Shown here in pieces: positions 1 through 7,873 of a stretch of 28,592 nucleotides of DNA. The notes beneath the pieces are model-generated. The model was not told the origin of the DNA and made no database searches. It saw nothing but the letters and a program-made list of their open reading frames with translations. Numbering within the stretch: position 1 is the first letter of the stretch; every line of letters starts with the position of its first letter. Source of the DNA: Aestuariivirgaceae bacterium (GTDB lineage: Bacteria > Pseudomonadota > Alphaproteobacteria > Rhizobiales > Aestuariivirgaceae). A program made the position numbers and the translations under genes. Location: contig DATBMX010000456.1 in the NCBI GenBank assembly GCA_036554625.1, positions 1 through 28,592 of the forward strand, in the 5' to 3' direction.

Positions 1-252
1 AAGCGACAGAAGCCGCTTGGCGGTGAGCACGGCGCGCTCCCTCAAGCACCGGAAGGTGAGGACGTTGGTAAGCACGCCGCGCGAAGAATAGAAATTGAAT
101 CCAGTGTCTCCGCGCGCTGCATAGTCGAGCGCTTCCCATAGCGTGGGAAAGTCGCCCAGCCGCTGCGGCAGCGAATCATTGTTCCGCGGCGTGAGTGAAA
201 GTTCGTCGGTGGTGAGGTGGCCCCCGCCACCCATGGTCGCTTCAGCTCGCAC
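1..252 (-). CDS. Fatty acyl-AMP ligase / long-chain acyl-ACP synthetase, 5' part only (runs off the left edge)
   Basis: Not in the ORF track. Hand translation from GTG 252 (AAGGAG 6 nt upstream; alternative ATG 234) gives ...LTPRNNDSLPQRLGDFPTLWEALDYAARGDTGFNFYSSRGVLTNVLTFRCLRERA..., the N-terminus typical of alphaproteobacterial FAAL-type ligases. Frame is open to base 1. Confidence 0.75.
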   Translation of the reverse strand, partial: MRAEATMGGGGHLTTDELSLTPRNNDSLPQRLGDFPTLWEALDYAARGDTGFNFYSSRGVLTNVLTFRCLRERAVLTAKRLLSL

Positions 253-506
253 AAGTAACTCCTTACCGATCGAGTTATGTTCACGGCAGGCTTGTCGTCG
301 CTGCTCTGTCCTCGCTTGGTGCCTCGGCCAAGCAGAGTGTCCCCTCAGACCTCCAAGGCGTACCAGCGCGCCGGAAGGCGTTGAAATCAAAACATATTGC
401 AGAATGTAACGGCCCCGAGACTCGCGTTTTTCCTGGAAGAATCGCCAGCGCCCCTCAGGGAGCGGGTTCAGAGCGTGATTCGGAGCGGCAGCCTCATCGC
501 CGCGAA

Positions 507-1301
507 TCAGTTCCGTCCCCGGAAAGGCCGCGCGATCAGCGACAGGAACGGCCTGTCGCTTTCCTGCTCCACGCCGATCCTGAGGTCGGGCGTCCTGATC
601 GTTGCGCTTCTGCTGGCAAAGAGGTGATCCCACACCGACAGGATGGTCGCATAGTTTGAATCCGTGTCGCGGCGAATGGCGTGGTGATGCACCCAGTGGA
701 TGGAGGGCGTCACCACCAGCATTGACAGGGCCCGCTCCAATCGTCCCGGCAGCTTCACATTCGAATGATGGAACATCGTGGCGAGCAGGAGCAGCGTTTC
801 GAACGCAACGACGCTCGTCAGGGGGATGGCGAGAGCGACAATGACGCCCGCCCGCACCACGGCCGACATCAGCACTTCGCCGAGATGGAAGCGCACGCCC
901 GAGGTGACGTCGAGAAACTGATCGAGATGATGCACCTCGTGAAACCGCCACAGGAACGGCACCTCGTGATTGGCGCGATGCCACCAATAGACCCACAGGT
1001 CGAGCAGGAGGAGATCGAAGGCAAGCCCTGCCGCGCCGTTGAGCCACAAGGGCCGCCAGTCGAGCGCCCAATCGCTTGCCGCCGCCGTGACGGGGATGAC
1101 GATGAGGGGAGAGAGAATGGCGTTAATTGCCGCGAAGCTCAAATTCTTGGCAAGCCTCAGCGCCCGCGCCAGGGCCTTCTCTGCGAGGCGTCCCAGAAGC
1201 GGCCTTGCCGCCGGGAACAGCCGTTCGAGCGCGAACAGCGCGGCGAAGGCGAAGAGCACGCCGCCCGCCTTGCCGGAGAGCATCTCGCTCAGCTGTTCCA
1301 T
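507..1301 (-). CDS. Sterol desaturase / fatty acid hydroxylase family membrane di-iron enzyme
   Basis: His boxes YWWHRANH, RFHEVHH, FHHSN, HWVHHH and NYATILSVWD. Start trimmed to MEQLSEML (1301), overlapping the AbrB stop by 13 nt. Confidence 0.9.
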   Translation of the reverse strand: MEQLSEMLSGKAGGVLFAFAALFALERLFPAARPLLGRLAEKALARALRLAKNLSFAAINAILSPLIVIPVTAAASDWALDWRPLWLNGAAGLAFDLLLLDLWVYWWHRANHEVPFLWRFHEVHHLDQFLDVTSGVRFHLGEVLMSAVVRAGVIVALAIPLTSVVAFETLLLLATMFHHSNVKLPGRLERALSMLVVTPSIHWVHHHAIRRDTDSNYATILSVWDHLFASRSATIRTPDLRIGVEQESDRPFLSLIARPFRGRN

Positions 1302-2326
1302 CCGCCGCTGCTTCTCCAAATCCGTTCCAGCGCCTTGCTGATGATCGGCAGCAGGAGGGAGATGCCGACATAGCGCGCGATCTGCATGGCTCCCACATAG
1401 GCTGGATCGAGATCGAGGGCAAAGGCCATGATCGACATGGCTTCGAGCCCGCCTGGCGCGAAGGCAACGAGCGTGAGCGCCAGGGGAAGGTCGGAAAGCT
1501 GGTGTGCCGCCACCGCGCCGGCGAAGGCAAGGATCATGGCAATGACGAAGCCCGTGATTCCCGCCCCAAGCAGCCGGGCGATCCATGCAGGTTCGAAGCC
1601 GAGAAATCGTGCGCCGATCATGGCGCCGAGCACCACATAGGCGGGGAGCAGCAGCGCATCCGTGAGGGGTCCTTGAACGACGCCGCTGATCTTGACCAGG
1701 GCGCTTGCCATCATCGCGCCAAGAATGAGCGCCGCCGGCAGCCTTGCCTTCTGGGCGAGGAAAGCCCCGGCGCCTCCCGCCGCCACCAGAATTGCCGCAT
1801 CGCGAAGGCTCGGCGGTGCGGTAGCCGCAGCCACGGCGTCTCTACCGTCGCCCGCCATGTCGATCACGAGGGGCAGAACGGCGACGAGGAAGAACAGCCT
1901 GATGCCTTGCACGATGCTGACGCGCGGCATGTCGGCGCGCGCCTGATCGGCAAGAAGCAGCGTGAGCGACAAGGCGCCCGGCACGCTGCTGAACAGCGAT
2001 GTCGCCCGGTCCCAGCCGTGAATCCGCCTGAAGAACCAGTAGCCGCTCCATGTGACGGCAACGACGGTAAGGCTCAGGATCGCGAGGCTTTCCGGCCAGT
2101 TCGCCATGCGCTGCAGCGTGTCTTCACCGATGCCGCCGCCGATCTGGATGCCGAGGATGATGAACACCGCCGTGCGCGCTGGATCGTAGATGGCGGCCGG
2201 AAATCGCAGGAGCACCGCCGTCGTCACTGCCACCATGGAGCCTGCGAGCCACGGCGCCGGCAGCCCCATGAGCGCAAACACCGCGCCCCCCGCCCCGGCG
2301 AGGATGAGAGTCAGAATCACGTGCAT
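1289..2326 (-). CDS. abrB: AbrB-family (AidB regulator-like) membrane protein
   Basis: Duplicated hydrophobic halves with LPAPWLAGSM / LPAALILGAM, SSVPGAL and FAPGGLEAM motifs; 345 aa. Confidence 0.88.
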   Translation of the reverse strand: MHVILTLILAGAGGAVFALMGLPAPWLAGSMVAVTTAVLLRFPAAIYDPARTAVFIILGIQIGGGIGEDTLQRMANWPESLAILSLTVVAVTWSGYWFFRRIHGWDRATSLFSSVPGALSLTLLLADQARADMPRVSIVQGIRLFFLVAVLPLVIDMAGDGRDAVAAATAPPSLRDAAILVAAGGAGAFLAQKARLPAALILGAMMASALVKISGVVQGPLTDALLLPAYVVLGAMIGARFLGFEPAWIARLLGAGITGFVIAMILAFAGAVAAHQLSDLPLALTLVAFAPGGLEAMSIMAFALDLDPAYVGAMQIARYVGISLLLPIISKALERIWRSSGGWNS

Positions 2327-2391
2327 GGAAGCACTTCAGTGCGTTCCAAACTTCGTCATTCCAGCGACGAGAGAGGTGGCAACGAACACCC

Positions 2392-3156
2392 TCATTCAGA
2401 CGCCGTTCTACGAGCGGACCGCGCCCGCCGCTTCGCCCGCCGCGTCAACAGATTGAGCATCTCGATGAAGGTTGAGAACGCCATCGCCGCATAGATGTAG
2501 CCCTTGGGGATATGGGCGCCGAAACCTTCCGCGATCAGCGCCATGCCGATCATCAGGAGGAAGCCCAGCGCCAGCATGACGATCGTCGGATTGGCGTGGA
2601 TGAAGCGCGCCAGCGGCGCCGAGGCCACGAGCATGGCGATCACCGCCACCACGACGGCGATCATCATGATCGGAACGTGATCCGTCATGCCCACCGCTGT
2701 GATGATGCTGTCGATCGAGAACACGAGGTCGAGGGCGAGGATCTGCGCGATGGCCGAGCCGAAGGTGAGCCCGACCGTCTTGCGGTCGAAGAGATCGGGG
2801 CCGGGATCGGGATCGACATTGTGATGGATTTCCTTTGTCGCCTTCCACACCAGGAACAGCCCGCCGGCGATCAGGATCATGTCGCGCCACGAGAAGTCCA
2901 CTCCGCCGACCGAGAACACCGGCTGTGTGAGCTGCACGATGAAGGCGACCATCCCGAGGAGCGCGAGCCTCAACACCAGCGCCAGCGCTATGCCGAGGCG
3001 CCGGGCGCGGTCGCGTGAGGTTTCGGGCAGCTTGTTGGAGACGATGGATATGAAGATCAGATTGTCGATGCCGAGCACGACCTCCATGGCGATGAGCGCG
3101 ATGAGCGCGCTCCACGCGGTCGGATCGGTGGCAAGGGCAAGAAGACTCTCGGGCAT
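2392..3156 (-). CDS. TerC-family integral membrane protein
   Basis: [30 protein letters not shown] and [13 protein letters not shown] signatures. Confidence 0.93.
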   Translation of the reverse strand: MPESLLALATDPTAWSALIALIAMEVVLGIDNLIFISIVSNKLPETSRDRARRLGIALALVLRLALLGMVAFIVQLTQPVFSVGGVDFSWRDMILIAGGLFLVWKATKEIHHNVDPDPGPDLFDRKTVGLTFGSAIAQILALDLVFSIDSIITAVGMTDHVPIMMIAVVVAVIAMLVASAPLARFIHANPTIVMLALGFLLMIGMALIAEGFGAHIPKGYIYAAMAFSTFIEMLNLLTRRAKRRARSARRTASE

Positions 3157-3222
3157 GTGCGGATTTCGCTCGAAGCTGTTGTCGTTGGGAGGGTGCCGGA
3201 CCTGACCATGCTTTCGAGCGTC

Positions 3223-3927
3223 TTACAAGCGCCGCCGCTGCAGGATGCGTTCCGCCACCATTTCCTGCAACCGCCACAGATAGTCGTCTCTGATGCCGGA
3301 AGCCGCCAGTGCGAGCACCGTCCGCCGCAGATATTCGGCGCAGCTGCCCCAATGGCCGCACGCGACCGAGAGAACGTCGGCGATCTCCTCCATCCCGAGG
3401 GTGCCGGCGTAATTCGGCCGCTCCCAATCGACGGTAAAGGCGATGGCGGTAACGGGTCCCCCTGGTCCCTCGACGGAAATCCAACGTGGCATATTGCCGG
3501 GCGGCTTCATGGTCATCTCGCGACGCCACAGCTTTGCGAGTTCGCTTCTCTCCCTTTCCACATGCAGGCGTTGCAGAAAGCCTTCGCAGCGGCCGCCCCT
3601 GTCGATCGCCATCATCAAACCCGGCTGTTCGCTCGTTCCGCGAAAACGCCGGATGCGCAGGCAGAAGGATCGCCGCCACCCTTCCGCTACGGCCCTCGTG
3701 CTGCCGGCATGTTCGAAGGCGGGTTTCCAGATGAGCGACCCATAGGCGAAGACGTGAAGCGCCCCCGGTGGCCGCTCGCGCAGGAAGTGGTCGAGATGCG
3801 TCTCATAGTCGCTCTCGCTGAAGACCTCTGTTTCGCTGTCATAGCCCTGGTCGGGAAGGTCGCGATGGACACAGCGCACCAGCTCTTCCGTGAGCCGCAA
3901 AGGCACGTCGACGTCGCTCATGCTCAA
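3223..3927 (-). CDS. chaC: ChaC-like gamma-glutamylcyclotransferase
   Basis: VFAYGSLIWKP, FRGTSEQPGLMMAID, LWRREM and GHWGSCAEYL motifs. Start is TTG 3927 or ATG 3921. Confidence 0.88.
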   Translation of the reverse strand: MSMSDVDVPLRLTEELVRCVHRDLPDQGYDSETEVFSESDYETHLDHFLRERPPGALHVFAYGSLIWKPAFEHAGSTRAVAEGWRRSFCLRIRRFRGTSEQPGLMMAIDRGGRCEGFLQRLHVERERSELAKLWRREMTMKPPGNMPRWISVEGPGGPVTAIAFTVDWERPNYAGTLGMEEIADVLSVACGHWGSCAEYLRRTVLALAASGIRDDYLWRLQEMVAERILQRRRL

Positions 3928-4031
3928 TCGTTAGCGACGGCTCGCCTGCGTCGCAAGCCGACAATGAAGAACCACCGCGGACGGCTTGGCAGCCGTTCGC
4001 GATGGCTTGATTGCGAAACTGGTCCCGTATT

Positions 4032-4307
4032 CTACGGCTGGGTGGTGCCAGTCGTCGAACCGCTCGGCTCCGGCTGCTCCGGCTGCGCCTGCGGTGCGGC
4101 TTCAGGAGCCGGCGCCGTTTCCGTCGTTGTCGTGGTCGTGCTGTTGTCGGGCGTGTTCACGGTCACGTTGTCAGCCCCGTTGGGACCCCATCCGAGACCC
4201 CATACGCCCACGCCGAGCAGCACCACAACGACCAGAATGATGCCGAGCACCATGCCGATTGTGGCATTGCCGCCGCCGTCACCAGGGTTGTTGATGTTTG
4301 TGGCCAT
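4032..4307 (-). CDS. Small single-pass membrane protein with Thr/Pro-rich tail (91 aa), hypothetical
   Basis: Start MATNINN at 4307 with GGAG upstream. One TM segment (IGMVLGIILVVVVLLGVGVWGLGW), then TTTTTTETAPAPEAAP tail. EcfG-type promoter directly upstream. Confidence 0.75.
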   Translation of the reverse strand: MATNINNPGDGGGNATIGMVLGIILVVVVLLGVGVWGLGWGPNGADNVTVNTPDNSTTTTTTETAPAPEAAPQAQPEQPEPSGSTTGTTQP

Positions 4308-4341
4308 TTCTTTCGCTCCAGCTGTTACGTCGCTGCTCCAA

Positions 4342-4366
4342 AACGCTTCTGCCCCGCTCAAGTTCC
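4342..4366 (-). promoter_or_regulatory. EcfG/sigmaT-type promoter for the 91-aa membrane protein
   Basis: Minus strand GGAAC-ttgagcggggcagaag(16)-CGTT. Confidence 0.75.
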
Positions 4367-4451
4367 CTGGCTGCCGAACTCGCTTTACGGAAACCTCTCG
4401 GCTAAACCGTTGTTGTTAACCATGGAATCCAAACCGTGAGCATCTTCCCAT

Positions 4452-4530
4452 CGTCACTCCCTCGAAATCCGGAATCCAGCTTCGCTTTGCCAATGCTCAA
4501 AGCTGGACCCTGACTTGCGTCAGGGTGACG
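4452..4530. repeat. REP/REPIN-like palindromic element, copy 1
   Basis: cgtcactccctcgaaatccggaatccagcttc...aaagctggaccctgacttgcgtcagggtgacg; terminal cgtca/tgacg and inner ccagctt/aagctgg arms. Matches the reverse complement of 9695-9772. Confidence 0.75.
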
Positions 4531-4613
4531 ACAAAGGGCAGATGGCTCCACTGATAGACTTGATCCGGCCGTTTCTCTCCCTCATAGAATGACTCCAAGC
4601 AAGGACCGCCGCG

Positions 4614-4886
4614 ATGCTCCAACCTGGCACACAGCAGGCGATCGATCAGTCTCAGCTCGATAAGCTCCTCGATCTGATCGCCAAGGAAGGGATGGTCGAC
4701 CGCGCCAAGCTGTCGATGGACGCCACGATGGAGAGCCTGGGCCTCAAATCCTCCGACCTCCTCATTGTGCTGATGGCCGTGGAGGAGCAGTTCGGCGTCT
4801 ATATTCCCGTCGACGACAGCCTGTCCGACGCGCGCACGCTGGGCGATCTCGTCAACGCTCTCGCGGGCCACCTGCCGCATGGCTGA
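4614..4886 (+). CDS. Acyl carrier protein (NodF/AcpP-like) with atypical LGLKSSD motif
   Basis: 90 aa, acidic, LGLKSSDLLIVLMAVEEQFGVYIP and TLGDL helices. Stop overlaps the ketosynthase start (ATGGCTGA). Confidence 0.88.
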   Translation: MLQPGTQQAIDQSQLDKLLDLIAKEGMVDRAKLSMDATMESLGLKSSDLLIVLMAVEEQFGVYIPVDDSLSDARTLGDLVNALAGHLPHG

Positions 4887-6102
4887 CGGCGCGCACCGTC
4901 GCTGCGTCATTTCGGGGCTCGGCTGCGTCTCCGCCGCCGGCCATGGCGTGGCGGCCCTGTGGACCAAGGTGCGCGCCGGCGAAAGCGCCGTGAAGCCGCT
5001 ATGCCTGCCGCGCCTAGAGCATCAGCAGGTGAAGACGGCGGCGCACTTCCCCGGCTTCGATGCCGCATCCTGCCTCGACAAGCCGCTTGCCGATAGCACC
5101 GACCGCTTCACGCAATTCGCTTTGCTGGCCGCTGCCGAAGCGATAGGGCAAGCCCAGGCGCAAGCACCGCTCGTCTTCGGCGATCGCATGGGCGTGATCA
5201 TCGGCTCGGGGATAGGCGGCGCTGTCACCTCCGATGATCAGCACTACAAGTTCTACGTCGCCAAGACGCGCACCGACCCGATGACCATACCGCGCGTCAT
5301 GCCCAACGCCGCCGCATCTCACATCAGCATGCGTTATGGCGCCACCGGCCCCTGCTTTGCCGTGTCCAGCGCCTGTTCGTCGGCCTCACAGGCGATCGGC
5401 CTGGGCCTCCAGATGCTGCGCGCGCGACTGATCGACACTTGCATCGTCGGCGGCAGCGAGGCGCTGCTCGCTCCCGCCTTTTTCAGGGCCTGGGAGTCGC
5501 TTCGCGTGATGACGAGCACACTGTGCCGGCCCTTCTCGCGCAACCGCAACGGCATGGTTCTGGGAGAAGGGGCCGGTGTCCTGGTGATTGAAGCGGAAGA
5601 TGCCTGCCTGGCGCGCGGCGCACAGCCCCTGGCCCTTCTTGCGGGCTATGGAACCTCGAGCGATGCGCAAGACATCGTGCGCCCCGATGCGGAAGGCGCC
5701 GCGCGCAGCATGGCGCTTGCCTTGAGCGACGCCGGCCTCGAACCGCACGAGGTTGACTATGTCAATGCCCACGGCACGGGCACCATTCTCAATGACTCCT
5801 GCGAGAGTGCCGCCTTGACGAAGGTGTTCGGCCCCGGGTTGCCGGGCATCGCTGTCTCCTCGACAAAGCCCATCCATGGCCACACATTGGGCGCGGCCGG
5901 CGCCATCGAGCTGATCGTCGCGATTTGTGCGCTCCGAGAGCAGCTGGCGCCGCCGACGATCAACTGGCTCGAGGCCGATCCTTCTTGCATCGCCGATCCC
6001 GTTCCCAACGCTGCAAGGCCCCGCTCCATCGCCGCGGCTCTTTCAAATTCCTTCGCTTTCGGCGGCATCAATGCCTGTCTCGCCGTGACCGCCTATGCAT
6101 GA
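4879..6102 (+). CDS. Beta-ketoacyl-ACP synthase (FabF/NodE-like)
   Basis: Cys-His-His triad intact: SSACSSA, VNAHGTGT, KPIHGHTLGAAG. AWESLRV/CRPFS and NSFAFGG motifs recall the NodE subgroup. Confidence 0.93.
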   Translation: MADGAHRRCVISGLGCVSAAGHGVAALWTKVRAGESAVKPLCLPRLEHQQVKTAAHFPGFDAASCLDKPLADSTDRFTQFALLAAAEAIGQAQAQAPLVFGDRMGVIIGSGIGGAVTSDDQHYKFYVAKTRTDPMTIPRVMPNAAASHISMRYGATGPCFAVSSACSSASQAIGLGLQMLRARLIDTCIVGGSEALLAPAFFRAWESLRVMTSTLCRPFSRNRNGMVLGEGAGVLVIEAEDACLARGAQPLALLAGYGTSSDAQDIVRPDAEGAARSMALALSDAGLEPHEVDYVNAHGTGTILNDSCESAALTKVFGPGLPGIAVSSTKPIHGHTLGAAGAIELIVAICALREQLAPPTINWLEADPSCIADPVPNAARPRSIAAALSNSFAFGGINACLAVTAYA

Positions 6103-6490
6103 ACACAGGACGCCTGACACGTCTGAGACGCTGGGGTGCTTTGCGGTGACGGTGATCGCCGATGAGGTGGAAGCCTTCTGCGCGAGTCTTGCCTTGCCGC
6201 CATCGCCCGTGCCCCTGACCTTCGATATGTCCTTTCTGGCGAGAGAAGAGATCGCATTGGCCCTCCGCCAAAACCTGCCGCGTGACGGCATTGTCATCCA
6301 CCGCGCGCAGCGCTTCCGCGCCCATGCGCCGCTCGAGGTCGGCCGCGCCTACAAGCTCCAACTGCTGCGCCACGGCGTGAGGCCGCATGAACCCGTGATT
6401 CACGGCCGGATGCATGATGCGCAAGGCGCGCTGGTTCATGAGTTCTGGGCCACTCTCATGCTGCGTTCCCGCGATGAAGAACCTGCGTAG
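6095..6490 (+). CDS. Hot-dog fold protein (MaoC_dehydrat_N / HadA-like accessory dehydratase subunit)
   Basis: IHRAQRFRAHAPLEVG resembles the H-x-x-Q-x-F...P-L-x-x-G segment of MaoC N-type hot-dogs. Coupled to both neighbours (8-nt and 17-nt overlaps). Confidence 0.6.
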   Translation: MHEHRTPDTSETLGCFAVTVIADEVEAFCASLALPPSPVPLTFDMSFLAREEIALALRQNLPRDGIVIHRAQRFRAHAPLEVGRAYKLQLLRHGVRPHEPVIHGRMHDAQGALVHEFWATLMLRSRDEEPA

Positions 6491-6872
6491 CGACACAGGC
6501 GTTGCGCCCCTTTGCTTGGGCCCGATCACCCTCGATCAGCTTCATCGCTATGCGCAGGCCTCGGGCGATCGCAATCCCATCCATGTAAGCCCCGCCGCCG
6601 CCGCCGAGGCCGGCCTCAGGGCGCCCATCGCCCATGGCATGTTCATCCTCGGGCAGTTCGAGAGGCTCATTCGCCAATGGCGGCCCGCCTGCCGCATCGA
6701 AAGTTTGAACGCTCATTTCCTGCGCCCGCTCTATATTGGCGATTCGCTTGTGGTAGGCGCGCGTCGAGCCTCGCGTGACACTGGCATGACTTGCGCTTTG
6801 CGGCTTATCGCCGAGAATTCGGCGGGGGAGATCGTTGCAATCGGTGAGGCGACGATCGTCGGCGGAGGCTGA
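6474..6872 (+). CDS. MaoC-like (R)-specific dehydratase (HadB-like catalytic subunit)
   Basis: Hydratase-2 motif RYAQASGDRNPIH...IAHGM and FLRPLYIGD. Start trimmed to ATG 6474. Confidence 0.88.
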   Translation: MKNLRSDTGVAPLCLGPITLDQLHRYAQASGDRNPIHVSPAAAAEAGLRAPIAHGMFILGQFERLIRQWRPACRIESLNAHFLRPLYIGDSLVVGARRASRDTGMTCALRLIAENSAGEIVAIGEATIVGGG

Positions 6873-6883
6873 AGGAGAACAAC

Positions 6884-7699
6884 ATGCGTTTGTCCGGCAA
6901 GATCGCTCTCGTCACGGGAGGAAATTCGGGCATCGGCCGCGGCATCGTTCATCGCTTCATCAGGGAGGGAGCAGAGGTCGCTTTCGTCGGCCGGGACGCC
7001 GGAAAATGCGAGCGCGTCGCCGAGGAGGCGAAGGTGCTGGGCGGCAAATCCTGCTTCTTTGTCCTCGATCTCGGCGATGAAGGCGCCGTCGCGCAGCTGA
7101 TCGATGATCTGGGCCGCCGCTTCGGCCGTCTCGACATTCTCGTCAACAATGCCGGCCTCGGCAGCAGGCGCGCCGAGATTGCAGCGTCTGACCGGCCGGG
7201 CAAGCGATGGGACAAGCTGCGCGCGCCCAATCTTGACTCCGCCTATTTCACATCGGCCTATGGCCTGCCCTTGCTCAAAATGTCGAGGAAGGCTTCGATA
7301 GTGAATGTCTCGTCGACAGCCGCGCTGCATGGCAACTGGGGCCTTTATGGCGTCGCCAAGGCGGGCGTCGAGGCTCTGACCCGCGCGCTTGCCGCGGAGG
7401 GCGCACCGCACGGGATCCGCGTCAATTGCGTAAGCCCCGGCTGGATCGGCACGGACACTGACGCGGTCGAGCCTGCGTCCGGCACGCCGACGGGCGAATG
7501 GCGGCTGCCGCCTTCCCTCTTGGGCCGCATCGGCGCTCCGGAAGAGATTGCCGCGGCTGTGCTCTTCCTGGCGAGCGATGACGCGAGCTTCGTCACGGGC
7601 CAGACGCTCATCGTCGACGGCGGCCTGAGCATCACGGACTACACCTCCCTCCCCCTCCTTTCCCGGATGGGTGCCAAGCTCTTCTCGGGCGCGGTTTGA
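6884..7699 (+). CDS. Classical SDR oxidoreductase (FabG-like, probably NADP-dependent)
   Basis: TGGNSGIGRG, NNAG, NVSS, YGVAK, NCVSPG and GQTLIVDGG motifs. AAGGAG RBS; 11 nt after the MaoC gene. Confidence 0.92.
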   Translation: MRLSGKIALVTGGNSGIGRGIVHRFIREGAEVAFVGRDAGKCERVAEEAKVLGGKSCFFVLDLGDEGAVAQLIDDLGRRFGRLDILVNNAGLGSRRAEIAASDRPGKRWDKLRAPNLDSAYFTSAYGLPLLKMSRKASIVNVSSTAALHGNWGLYGVAKAGVEALTRALAAEGAPHGIRVNCVSPGWIGTDTDAVEPASGTPTGEWRLPPSLLGRIGAPEEIAAAVLFLASDDASFVTGQTLIVDGGLSITDYTSLPLLSRMGAKLFSGAV

Positions 7700-7707
7700 T
7701 GGAGGTT

Positions 7708-7809
7708 CGTCATCGCGGCCTTGCATCCGGCCGTCTCGTGCCACATGCGAGAGATCACCAGGTCAAGCCCGGTGATGACGATCAACAACCGGGGCTTGAC
7801 CCGGCCATC
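7708..7809. repeat. Degenerate REP-like palindromic element (GGCTTGACCCGG family)
   Basis: Decayed left arm 7708-7737, right arm gagatcaccaggtcaagcccggtgatgacg 7751-7780, extra left arm ccggggcttgacccggccatc 7789-7809. Confidence 0.65.
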
Positions 7810-7873
7810 TTCCCAAAATAGCCAGTGCCGTTCCGGCGCTTTCATGAGTCGCGCCCAACAGTCGGAATGGAAC

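Noticed and set aside
42-284. 80-aa minus-strand ORF from the track
   Set aside because: Wrong frame. The FAAL-like frame starting at 252 has the RBS and recognisable motifs.
397-627. 76-aa plus-strand ORF
   Set aside because: No RBS, overlaps the hydroxylase 3' end antisense, and occupies the probable FAAL promoter region.
4389-4413. Extra EcfG promoter upstream of the ACP operon (GAAAC-N16-TGTT)
   Set aside because: Mismatches in both boxes, about 200 nt from the start, and separated from it by a REP hairpin.
1127-4419. Long alternative-frame ORFs (1127-2494, 2408-3679, 3157-4419)
   Set aside because: Shadow frames of high-GC genes: Arg/Ala/Pro-rich, no motifs, fully overlapping well-supported CDSs.
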